Positions 9,323 to 17,849 of a stretch of DNA of 64,000 nt are shown piece after piece. The stretch is from Myxococcota bacterium. Its GTDB lineage: Bacteria > Myxococcota_A > SURF-8 > G963663525. Under the pieces are notes generated by a model, which saw only the letters and a list, made by a program, of their open reading frames with translations, was not told the origin of the DNA and searched no databases. Position 1 is the stretch's first letter. Each line of letters begins with the position of its first letter. The position numbers and the translations under genes were made by a program. The stretch is from contig CAXXVK010000043.1 in assembly GCA_963676915.2 (NCBI GenBank), positions 32,001 to 96,000 on the forward strand, given 5' to 3'.

Positions 9323-11956
9323 CTATTTTTCCTCCTGCTTTTTCAGGTTTTTCGCAGACTTTTTCAAAATCTTGGGATCGGTGAAGGTGAAGTTTTCCAT
9401 TTCTTTGTCTTCATCCTCGTCATCTTCGTCTTTCTCAGGACCATCCGCCACAAGATGCTTCGGGAAGGGGATTTTGTCGCCTTTCATTGTCTTCCAAAGG
9501 ATCTCGCCCAAGCCGCTCTGAGTGTCCACCAGTTTGAAATCAAGCTTGGCTGTCTCTTTCGCCAGTGGGACGCCTTCGGGGGTGATCCACTTGGCTTTCT
9601 CGTTGAATTTCTCGTCGCGAGGGATGTGCTCGTATGGTGTGAAATCGGCTTCTGTGGTGAAAATATCGTACATTGGCTGGGCCAGCATCTGGTAGCGGCT
9701 GATTGGCGGAACCCCTAGAATCTGGAACATCGTCCGGTGCAGAGATGCAAAATCGTATTGGAGTGTGGAGCGGTAGCCCCGTTTCACCCAAGGTCCGGCT
9801 ACATGGCAGATTGATCGGTGCAGATCGATGTGATCTGGAGTATTTTGTGGATCGTCCTGGAAGGCAAACACGACGGTTTCCTTCCAGAAGGGGGAATGGG
9901 CGATCATGTCGATGATTTTTCCCAACGCCTCATCGTTGTCGGCAACCATATAGGCAGGATGGGGGCGGTTTGCTCCCATCCCGAAAGTATGATCGTTGGG
10001 AATCCAGATGTACGTGAAATCACGTAATATTCCGGCGTTCAAGTCTTTTTCGAAAACCTTGATTTTTTCGGAGTCGTCATAAACGGTAATGCCCACTTGG
10101 TACTCGTGGCTGATGTAATCGTAGCCATCACGGAAAATCTTGCTGGCACTGCCCACGAACTCACCATAAACACGGACGGAGCGGTCGTTTTCGATGAGAT
10201 AGCTGAACAGATCCCCGGTGGAAGGTGTGGAAACCGGATCGATGTTGGGAAGCATGAAGTTGCGTTCTCCGCGAACCTGCCATAGCAGCGAAAATTTTTC
10301 ACCGTAATCGTTGAGCCATCCGCCCGTAAGCCACATGTGTCCCTCGGTGGATTTGACGGAATTGTCGTAGAAATTGACAAGATCCACATAACGGCGGTTC
10401 AATTCGTGGGCGTTGGGGGTGATATCGAACGTTGTTCCTTCTGCGTATCCTGCATACTGAACGGAAATGGTTTGTCCTACGCCAAAGTACGACAGGCTGG
10501 GATCGTGCCATTCATCGCCTTGATCTCCTGCGAGATCGCCCAGAAGTACATCGTAGGTTTTGTTTTCCTTAACAATATAGACCACATGGCGGATTTGCTC
10601 GGAACGTTCGCCGATTTGGGAAGGAATAGGGCTGTCCCAGTTGTCGCAGTCGGCGGCGAAGTATGTCAGTGCCCCCTTGTTGTTTTCTTGCACCTTTTGG
10701 GAATATTGCTGCAATGCCGACTCATCGGGAATGTCGAGGATGTTTACACCACCGTAAAACAATCCTACCGAACTTCCATTTGCATCGACTTCTTTCTTGG
10801 AAACGGCGGTGTCTTCTTCGCCCGTATACGGTCCTAATCCGGTTCCTTTTGCATTGATGACGTAAAGCTTTCCATTGGCTTTTTCTACTGCGGTAGGATA
10901 GAACCCGGTGGGGATTTCTCCAAGAATATCATAGGTTTCGGCGTCGATAACCATGACGGAGTTGTCAGCGGCCATCGTCACATACAAGCGTTTGTCATCA
11001 GGGGATGCGAGCACGTCCACCGGCAAGCGTCCCGGAGGATCGTTTTCGGTATCACGCAGGGAAATTGTCTGGATTACGTTCTTCGTGCTCACGTCGATCA
11101 CCGAAAGCGTGTCGTCGTCATTATTCGTCACAAACAGCTTATTCTTGTAAAGCGCCAGTCCTTCCGGATTCTTGCCCACCGAAACGTGTCCCACTGTCGT
11201 TCCCTGTTTCAGGTCGAGAATCGTCACCGCATTGCTGGCGATGTTCGTTACATACGCAAAGGCGTCGTCTGTGTCGATCTCGATAAGGTAGGGATAGGTT
11301 AGTGCCTCGAATTTTCGAATGATTTCATAGGTTTCGGTATCGAATTGAAACACTTGAGAGCGATGTGAGCTTGCCACCAGCAGCGATTTTCCGTCATGAC
11401 TCACCGCTAGACCAAAGGGATAGCCAGGGACGTCGAGTGTACGGAGTTTCAAGTAGTCGTTTTCAACATCATACACGAACACCTCGTCGGATAACCCACC
11501 GGAAATAAACAGTTTTTTTCCATCCGGTGAATAGGCGGCACCAAGGAAACCCTCTTTTTCTTCCAAAGTTTTTACAATTGTTTCGTTAGTGGTGTCGATA
11601 ATGCGAACGCTCTGGTTTCCTTTGTCGGTGAGCGACCAATCTTTGCCGCCCGAACAAACAACAGCAAGGTGCTTGGCATCGGGGGAGATTGCACTGCCGG
11701 TCGGCATGGTACCAACACCTTTAATGTAGGTGCCGGCTGGCGTGAGGATACGTCCCGTATGAACCTTGGCGTATTCCACCTCGGTATCGTTTTTCCAGCG
11801 GACTTCAACAGGGGTAAGCCCTGTTTCTGTGACGGTGCGAACGTCGCATGTGGATTTTTCATCGTCGTCACAGGCAATGGACGAGATAAAAAGCCCGACT
11901 AAAATACTCAAGAATAAGATTTCCGGTACAGTTGGCCGGATATTATCGGTTTGCAT
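9323..11956 (-). CDS. Lipoprotein: YncE/YVTN beta-propeller fused to alkaline-phosphatase-like phosphoesterase domain (877 aa)
   Basis: Lipobox SSIA-C; YVTN/FVTN propeller repeats with VGKNP and TGFYP; phosphoesterase motifs IRHVVYIVKENKTYD, PNDHT, DDPQNTPDHID. Confidence 0.85.
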   Translation of the reverse strand: MQTDNIRPTVPEILFLSILVGLFISSIACDDDEKSTCDVRTVTETGLTPVEVRWKNDTEVEYAKVHTGRILTPAGTYIKGVGTMPTGSAISPDAKHLAVVCSGGKDWSLTDKGNQSVRIIDTTNETIVKTLEEKEGFLGAAYSPDGKKLFISGGLSDEVFVYDVENDYLKLRTLDVPGYPFGLAVSHDGKSLLVASSHRSQVFQFDTETYEIIRKFEALTYPYLIEIDTDDAFAYVTNIASNAVTILDLKQGTTVGHVSVGKNPEGLALYKNKLFVTNNDDDTLSVIDVSTKNVIQTISLRDTENDPPGRLPVDVLASPDDKRLYVTMAADNSVMVIDAETYDILGEIPTGFYPTAVEKANGKLYVINAKGTGLGPYTGEEDTAVSKKEVDANGSSVGLFYGGVNILDIPDESALQQYSQKVQENNKGALTYFAADCDNWDSPIPSQIGERSEQIRHVVYIVKENKTYDVLLGDLAGDQGDEWHDPSLSYFGVGQTISVQYAGYAEGTTFDITPNAHELNRRYVDLVNFYDNSVKSTEGHMWLTGGWLNDYGEKFSLLWQVRGERNFMLPNIDPVSTPSTGDLFSYLIENDRSVRVYGEFVGSASKIFRDGYDYISHEYQVGITVYDDSEKIKVFEKDLNAGILRDFTYIWIPNDHTFGMGANRPHPAYMVADNDEALGKIIDMIAHSPFWKETVVFAFQDDPQNTPDHIDLHRSICHVAGPWVKRGYRSTLQYDFASLHRTMFQILGVPPISRYQMLAQPMYDIFTTEADFTPYEHIPRDEKFNEKAKWITPEGVPLAKETAKLDFKLVDTQSGLGEILWKTMKGDKIPFPKHLVADGPEKDEDDEDEDKEMENFTFTDPKILKKSAKNLKKQEEK

Positions 11957-12290
11957 GGAAATTCTCCCAAAATGTCAACGATTTCGAAAATCCTAGCGAA
12001 TAGTTCAGTTGCTGACAAGTAAGAAGAATATTAGATTGTGGCCCTCTCACGCGATGATGTGGCCGCTGAAGGAGGGCTTATTACTTGTTAAAACACCTGG
12101 AAACGAAATTAAATCAACGAGTTGGAAGGTTAAAGAATAAGTTGCCGGCGGAATTCGTAAATCTAAAGTATAGAATGTTTGGATTCGTAGCATGTGGAAA
12201 AATCTAATATGTACATGGTCGTTTGTAAGTGGTCGAAATTATTGATTCAACGAATGATGGGTAGTGCAAGGTTGAGGAAAGACAAAAGCA

Positions 12291-12319
12291 TTGACAAGCT
12301 CGTTTCTCACAGATATTTT
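12291..12319 (+). promoter_or_regulatory. Putative sigma70 promoter of gntR
   Basis: TTGACA-17 nt-TATTTT upstream of 12445. Confidence 0.45.
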
Positions 12320-12444
12320 TAATAGAAGGAAAGAGGGAATCATACATTGTCGTGGAAATTACCGTTTTTATCCTTCAACCCTGAGAAAGCGAATTTTGGC
12401 AACTCGCAGCCGGAACGTTCCTGATACCTGCCCAAAAACATACC

Positions 12445-13239
12445 ATGTCTGATTTTGAAAACATCATGCCGCCTTTGGAAAGAGACGTGCAGCCCGATAT
12501 TCCGAAAAAGGTGGACAAACGCAGTCCGATTCCGGCCTACGCTCAACTTGCCACCATTTTGCGCTCCAGCATCTCACAGGGAATTTACTCTCCCGGAGAG
12601 CGTTTGCCTTCGGAATCCGCTTTAGCCAAAGCCCACGGTGTCAGCGCGATGACCGCACGGCAGGCTGTCAGTGTATTGGAAGACGAACGCCTGATCCGCC
12701 GTATCCAGGGCAAAGGAACGTACGTCCGAAAAATTCAGGTCACGACAACCACCTTCAGCCTGGATGCTCTTCGAGAAGTCTTTGCCGACCAGGAGAATCT
12801 TTCCGTACGCATCATCAGTTCCCGAGTGGATAAAAACGTGGGAGTCGCCCACGAATTTCTTCGATTGACACCGGGACAACCGGTGATTCTGGTGGAACGC
12901 ATCGTGTTTTACAAAAACAAACCTTTCACCATGCATGTCAGTTATGCCACCGTGGACCCAAAATCCCCAACGGTGGAAAGCATGTTGGATACAGCCGTTT
13001 TAACGGAGTTGCTTTCGAAAGAAGGATATTCGAGATTCAAACGGGGGGTGCTTCGCCTGCTTCCCACACAACTGGGGAATCGCGAGGCCGATTTGCTGGA
13101 ACTGGACGAGGGACATCCGGTTTTCAGGCTGGAGCATTACTTCTATGACTTCAAGAATCAACCCGCTGCCATAGGTTGGTTCTTTATCGCTCCGGAAGCC
13201 ATGCCCTTGGTAAGCAAAATAGGGATCTGGGATGAATAG
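12445..13239 (+). CDS. GntR family (HutC/UTRA subfamily) transcriptional regulator
   Basis: wHTH PGERLPSESALAKAHGVSAMTARQA...QGKGTYV, followed by a UTRA-like domain. Confidence 0.9.
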   Translation: MSDFENIMPPLERDVQPDIPKKVDKRSPIPAYAQLATILRSSISQGIYSPGERLPSESALAKAHGVSAMTARQAVSVLEDERLIRRIQGKGTYVRKIQVTTTTFSLDALREVFADQENLSVRIISSRVDKNVGVAHEFLRLTPGQPVILVERIVFYKNKPFTMHVSYATVDPKSPTVESMLDTAVLTELLSKEGYSRFKRGVLRLLPTQLGNREADLLELDEGHPVFRLEHYFYDFKNQPAAIGWFFIAPEAMPLVSKIGIWDE

Positions 13240-13906
13240 TACGAAGAAAGACAAAGAACTTGAGAATCCGCGCCTGGAAACATTAACACAATTGATTTCG
13301 GATCTCGTCGAAGAGGATAGCTACAAGGAACTACGTACATTACTGGACGAAGGAGTGCCTCCAACCGACCTTCTTGGAGCCTGCATGGAGGGTATGCGTC
13401 GTGTCGGCCTTCGCTTCGAGGCTGGAGAATATTTCATCTCGGCGTTGATCATGGCCGGGGAGATCATGCGCGTTGCCACGGAAATTTTACGCCCCCATCT
13501 GGTGAAGGCTCCGACGACACCGCAAAAAGGCAAAGCGCTGATAGGCACCATCAAGGGTGATATTCACGATTTAGGTAAAAACCTGTTCATTTTCATGCTG
13601 ACCTGTCACGGTTTCGATGTCGTGGACCTGGGTGTCGATGTCCCGGTGGAAACATTTCTTGAAAAAGCACGAGAAACACCGTTCGATATCATCGGCTTGA
13701 GCTGCCTCATGACCACAAGTATCGAGAGTCTCAAAGAGGCCGTAACGACCTTGCGCGAAAATCTTCCTGAGCCTCAAGCGGAGATCGTTATCGGTGGAAC
13801 CTGCCTCGATGCCGGAGTTGCCGAGTATATCGGTGCAGAAAACTGGGCACAGGATGCTGCTACAGGATTGCGGATCTGCGAACGACTCATCGAAAAAAAG
13901 CAGTAA
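13232..13906 (+). CDS. Corrinoid (B12-binding) protein 1
   Basis: Cap domain GMRRVGLRFEAGEYFI; base-off/His-on motif GDIHDLGKN...SCLMT...GG; overlaps gntR by 8 nt. Confidence 0.92.
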   Translation: MNSTKKDKELENPRLETLTQLISDLVEEDSYKELRTLLDEGVPPTDLLGACMEGMRRVGLRFEAGEYFISALIMAGEIMRVATEILRPHLVKAPTTPQKGKALIGTIKGDIHDLGKNLFIFMLTCHGFDVVDLGVDVPVETFLEKARETPFDIIGLSCLMTTSIESLKEAVTTLRENLPEPQAEIVIGGTCLDAGVAEYIGAENWAQDAATGLRICERLIEKKQ

Positions 13907-14012
13907 GAAACAAGGGTTTCGATACCCGGTTGGGAAATATCATCCATTCCGAAATTTTTCTCTGTTTTCAGTAACTTCTCTGCAATTTAAAAAGAAATAA
14001 CAAATAAAATGT

Positions 14013-14034
14013 AAAGGGGAAATCCCTCCCCTTT
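14013..14034 (+). terminator. Hairpin after the gntR-corrinoid pair (possible terminator)
   Basis: AAAGGGGA-aatccc-TCCCCTTT inverted repeat; weak U-tract. Confidence 0.35.
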
Positions 14035-14062
14035 CGCCTCGTTTACGCTTTTCTTGAAAGGG

Positions 14063-14107
14063 AAGAAAAATATTTTTCTTGACTCTTCTATAAGACTAGA
14101 ATACTAT
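14063..14107 (+). promoter_or_regulatory. Sigma70 promoter of the methyltransferase operon with overlapping palindromes (candidate operator)
   Basis: TTGACT(14079)-17 nt-TACTAT(14102); perfect 18-bp palindrome AAGAAAAATATTTTTCTT at 14063-14080; TTCTA-N6-TAGAA inverted repeat in the spacer. Confidence 0.65.
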
Positions 14108-14138
14108 GAGTTTGTGTTTGGGTGTAAAGGAACTTTCA

Positions 14139-14789
14139 ATGAGCGATTACCCACACAAAATTCTCTGTTGCAGGTCTTTGGCGCCAACGCTGGAAGAATT
14201 GCTTGGAAGCGACGCCCCCCTCACCATTCTTGATATTGCCTTACATTTGCAGCCGGAACGACTTCGTGCAGCGCTGTTGGAAACCATCGCCGAGTTGGAA
14301 GCTCCCGGTACCACGATTCTTTTAGGGTACGGGTTATGCGGTCGTGCGCTGGAAGGTGTGTATTCGAAGCACAGCCGCCTTGTTTTGCCGAAGATCGATG
14401 ATTGTGTGGGGATGTTTCTTGGATCACGCGAGCGGCACAGAGAGTCCCTGAGAACTCATTCAGGCCGGTACTGGCTGGAACGGAGCTGGCTGGATACAGA
14501 ACTCGATATTTTCAAACAACTTTATAAGGATTTAGGTCGTATTCCTGAAAAATACCACGATCGCATCGTGAAAATGACGCTGAAACATTACGACCGACTG
14601 GTCCTGTTTCGAGATGATCACGACGACGCCCAGGCGGTTTCCTACTGCGAAAACACGGCCAAAGAATACGGCATGACCTTCGAACGCATCGACAAAGACC
14701 TTGGGCTTTTGCGCCGACTGGTCTTTGGCCCCTGGGAACCCGAAGAATTCATCATCGTGGAACCGGGAACCCCTGTGCCTTTTTTCTGA
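14139..14789 (+). CDS. DUF1638-type protein (associated with corrinoid methyltransferase clusters)
   Basis: LHLQPERLR, LGYGLCG, PKIDDCVGMFLG and FIIVEPG patterns of DUF1638; RBS AAAGGA before ATG 14139. Confidence 0.8.
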   Translation: MSDYPHKILCCRSLAPTLEELLGSDAPLTILDIALHLQPERLRAALLETIAELEAPGTTILLGYGLCGRALEGVYSKHSRLVLPKIDDCVGMFLGSRERHRESLRTHSGRYWLERSWLDTELDIFKQLYKDLGRIPEKYHDRIVKMTLKHYDRLVLFRDDHDDAQAVSYCENTAKEYGMTFERIDKDLGLLRRLVFGPWEPEEFIIVEPGTPVPFF

Positions 14790-14803
14790 ACAAGGAGCTT
14801 TCC

Positions 14804-15613
14804 ATGATCGTAATTGCAGAAAAAATCAACGGAACTCGCAAAGCCGTCGGTGCCGCCGTGCGGGATCGCGATGCCGAATTCATCAAGAATCTGGCCTTGT
14901 CTCAAGTAGAAGCCGGCAGCAGCTATCTGGATATCAACGCCGGAACCACACCGGATCGCGAACCGGAAGACATGGCCTGGCTGGTCGAAACCGTGCAAAG
15001 CGTGACGGATACTCCCCTGTGTCTGGACAGCGCCAACCCGGCCGCGTTGGAAGCCGCATTGAGCCTGGTCAAGAAAACCCCGGTCATCAATTCCGTTTCG
15101 GGAGAGAAAAACCGGATCGAAGGCGTGCTCCCTCTGGCGCTCAAGCACAAAACAGGTCTTATCCTTCTGGCTCTGGATGACGAAACCGGTATTCCCAACA
15201 CGTGTGAAGGTCGCATGGAAATCGTCCATCGTCTGGTGGGTCTGGCCAAAGAAGGTGGTCTGGCGGAAAATCAGCTCTACGTGGACCCGCTGGTGACCAC
15301 CATCAGCACCGGCGACAAAAACGCAATGATCACCTACGACGCGATCAAGGAAACCCGAGCGGCCTATCCTGAAATTCACATTACCTGCGGACTGAGCAAT
15401 ATCTCTTTCGGTATGCCGCTTAGATCCCTGATCAATCAAACCTTTTTATCCATGTGCGTTCAGGTGGGACTGGACAGCGCCATTATCAACCCCAACGACC
15501 GATCCCTCAAAGGTGTGATGTTGGCCGCCGAGATGCTGGTAGGACGTGACAAGTTCTGTCAGAAATTCAACCGCGCCTTCCGTTCCAAGCAGATCGGTCC
15601 GTTGGATCAGTAA
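14804..15613 (+). CDS. Methyl-corrinoid:tetrahydrofolate methyltransferase (AcsE/MT II, pterin-binding family)
   Basis: IAEKINGTRK, YLDINAG, LCLDS, INSVSGE, GLSNISFGMPLR motifs. Confidence 0.9.
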   Translation: MIVIAEKINGTRKAVGAAVRDRDAEFIKNLALSQVEAGSSYLDINAGTTPDREPEDMAWLVETVQSVTDTPLCLDSANPAALEAALSLVKKTPVINSVSGEKNRIEGVLPLALKHKTGLILLALDDETGIPNTCEGRMEIVHRLVGLAKEGGLAENQLYVDPLVTTISTGDKNAMITYDAIKETRAAYPEIHITCGLSNISFGMPLRSLINQTFLSMCVQVGLDSAIINPNDRSLKGVMLAAEMLVGRDKFCQKFNRAFRSKQIGPLDQ

Positions 15614-15685
15614 GAATTTGTTTTCGCTCGTGGCTTGTCAATGGGATGGGGAGCCGCAAGCACCGTCAGCAGAAGGGAGAAACTC

Positions 15686-16330
15686 ATGGCTGATTTGAAC
15701 GATCTTTTCGACGCCATCGTCGAAATGCAGGAAGAAACCGCCCTGGAGCTTACCAACAAACATTTGGAGGGAGGCACTCCGGCAATGCAAATCTTCGACT
15801 GTTACCAGGACGCTCTGGCTGAAGTCGGAAAACGTTTCGAAAAGCAGATCTATTTCATCCCGGAACTGATTATGTCCGGTGAAATGATGAAAGCCGGTCT
15901 CGAGATTCTCAAGCCTCACATGGCAAACGAAGAAGCCAAGGAAGAAGAGAAAAAGAAGGGCGGCAAAGTACTTATCGCCACCGTCAGTGGTGATATCCAC
16001 GATATCGGCAAAAATATCGTGACCACCCTAATGGAACTCAACGGCCTGGATGTCAAAGACATCGGTGTGGACGTACCCGTGGATACCATTATCGAGGAAG
16101 CGGTTGCTTTCGAGGCTCAGGCGATCGGCCTTTCCGGCCTGTTGACTCTGGCTTTCGATCCGATGAAACAAGTCGTCGAAAAGCTGAAAGAAAAGGGTCT
16201 TCGTGATAAAATCAAGGTCATCATCGGTGGCGGTCAGATGGATGCCCACGTTTGCGAGCACGTCGGCGCCGACGCTTTCACCACCGATGCGGTGGAAGGT
16301 GTCAATGTGGTGAAAAGCTGGCTTAGCTAA
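15686..16330 (+). CDS. Corrinoid (B12-binding) protein 2, methyl carrier
   Basis: YFIPELIMSG cap; GDIHDIGKNIV...SGLLT...GGG motif; RBS AAGGGAG before ATG 15686. Confidence 0.93.
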   Translation: MADLNDLFDAIVEMQEETALELTNKHLEGGTPAMQIFDCYQDALAEVGKRFEKQIYFIPELIMSGEMMKAGLEILKPHMANEEAKEEEKKKGGKVLIATVSGDIHDIGKNIVTTLMELNGLDVKDIGVDVPVDTIIEEAVAFEAQAIGLSGLLTLAFDPMKQVVEKLKEKGLRDKIKVIIGGGQMDAHVCEHVGADAFTTDAVEGVNVVKSWLS

Positions 16331-16372
16331 CCCAATCGGCTGTTTTCAGCCGCAAACCGTAAGGAGAAATCC

Positions 16373-17704
16373 ATGAGTGGAAACGAAAAACTTACGCCGA
16401 TGCAACGCCAGGATGCTTTTTTGGACAAATGGATCGCCGCCGAAGGCGTTCCCTTCGTTGACGAGGAAGCCAAGGCCAAATATCAGGAACGCACCACCCT
16501 GGTGGCCAAAGCCTTCCGCCTGGACAAAGACATCAAGCGCGTGCCCATCATGCCTCTGACCACGTTCGCTCCGACCCAGATGGCGGGACTTTCCGGCAAA
16601 CAGGCAATGTACGATGCCGACGCCGCAGGCAAAGCCTATTACGACTTCGCCAAAACCTATCAGCCGGATACCGCAGGTTCCGCGCCGATGCTGATGTACG
16701 GTCCGGCTTTGGAAGCCCTGGATTACAAGCTTTACAAATGGCCCGGCCATGGCGTGGACGAAAACCTGTCCTATCAGTTCCATGAAAAAGAATATATGAA
16801 GCCGGATGAATACGACTGGCTGATTTCCGACCCCACCGATTACTGGTTACGGGGTTGGATGCCCAGAACTCACCTGGCCTTAGCGCCTTTGGCCAACATG
16901 TGGCCCATTTACGGTTCCATGGAAATGGCGATGTTCGGTCCCTGGCTGGTCGGCATGGGAACCCCGCAGATGCAGGAAGCCATGAAAGCTTTGATGGAAG
17001 CGGGCAAGCACTGCTTCGAATGGATCAACACACTGGGCGCTTACATGGGTAAAATCATGGCAGAGGGAATGCCTTTCGGTGCGGGCGGCTTCACCAAAGC
17101 TCCCTTCGACGTGCTCAGCGACTCTTTCCGAGGCACGACCCAGCTGATGATGGATATGTACCGCAAGCCGGACAAAGTCCTTGCTGCCGTAGAACGTCTG
17201 GTGAAGCCGATGATCGACCTGGGTGTTCGCGGAGCTATGGACAACGGCAACCCCGTCGTCTTCATCCCATTGCACAAGGGTGCCGATGGCTTCATGTCCG
17301 ACGATCAGTTCAAGACCTTCTACTGGCCTACGCTCAACGCCGTCATGCACGGTCTGGCCGATGCCGGTTGCATTCCTGCCTGTTTCGTCGAAGGCGGATA
17401 CAATCAGCGTCTGGAATACCTGAACGACACCAGCGACATCCGCAGCTTCTACCTTTTCGACCGTACCGACATGGCCAAAGCCCGCGAAGTGCTGGGCGGC
17501 AAGGTGTGCATCGGTGGAGGTATGGCCAATTCCCTGATTCTCACCGGAACGGTGGAGAAGGTGGTGGAAGAAACCAAGAAACTGATCGACACCGCCAAGG
17601 GCGACGGAGGGTATATCCTGAGCATCGGAACCGCCATGGACGAAGGCAAGCACGACACACTGAAAGCCTTCATCGACACCGGCCTGGAATACGGTGTCTA
17701 CTAA
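16373..17704 (+). CDS. URO-D/MtaA-CmuA family substrate:corrinoid methyltransferase (MT I; candidate O-demethylase)
   Basis: URO-D fold motifs APFDVLSDSFRG, DMYRKPDKV, FIPLHKGADGFMS, FYWPTL, GDGGYIL; cluster context. Confidence 0.8.
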   Translation: MSGNEKLTPMQRQDAFLDKWIAAEGVPFVDEEAKAKYQERTTLVAKAFRLDKDIKRVPIMPLTTFAPTQMAGLSGKQAMYDADAAGKAYYDFAKTYQPDTAGSAPMLMYGPALEALDYKLYKWPGHGVDENLSYQFHEKEYMKPDEYDWLISDPTDYWLRGWMPRTHLALAPLANMWPIYGSMEMAMFGPWLVGMGTPQMQEAMKALMEAGKHCFEWINTLGAYMGKIMAEGMPFGAGGFTKAPFDVLSDSFRGTTQLMMDMYRKPDKVLAAVERLVKPMIDLGVRGAMDNGNPVVFIPLHKGADGFMSDDQFKTFYWPTLNAVMHGLADAGCIPACFVEGGYNQRLEYLNDTSDIRSFYLFDRTDMAKAREVLGGKVCIGGGMANSLILTGTVEKVVEETKKLIDTAKGDGGYILSIGTAMDEGKHDTLKAFIDTGLEYGVY

Positions 17705-17744
17705 TTCAATGGCGTGATCCGCCTATTGAAGCGTTTGTTTTCTG

Positions 17745-17783
17745 CGAGGCGGTCGATACGAAACGACCGCCTCGTTTTTTTTT
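17745..17783 (+). terminator. Rho-independent terminator
   Basis: CGAGGCGGTCG-loop-CGACCGCCTCG followed by T9. Confidence 0.88.
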
Positions 17784-17849
17784 GCACAAGGCCAATGGTA
17801 TAATACGGAATCTTGGATTAAAAAATGCAGATATCCGCCACGATACGGG

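Noticed and set aside
12325-12440. Possible cobalamin riboswitch upstream of gntR (AAGAGGGAA ... ACCTGCC)
   Set aside because: Lacks the GGTG..AATCC, ACTGT and GGGAAG core elements; a Rfam cmsearch would settle it.
14139-17704. Pyrrolysine or selenocysteine read-through in the methyltransferase genes
   Set aside because: All ORFs are full length with no in-frame TAG/TGA interrupting a domain; MT I is URO-D type, not MttB/MtmB.
16373-17704. Annotation as hemE (true uroporphyrinogen decarboxylase)
   Set aside because: No RQAGRY motif, longer than HemE, and embedded among corrinoid methyl-transfer genes.
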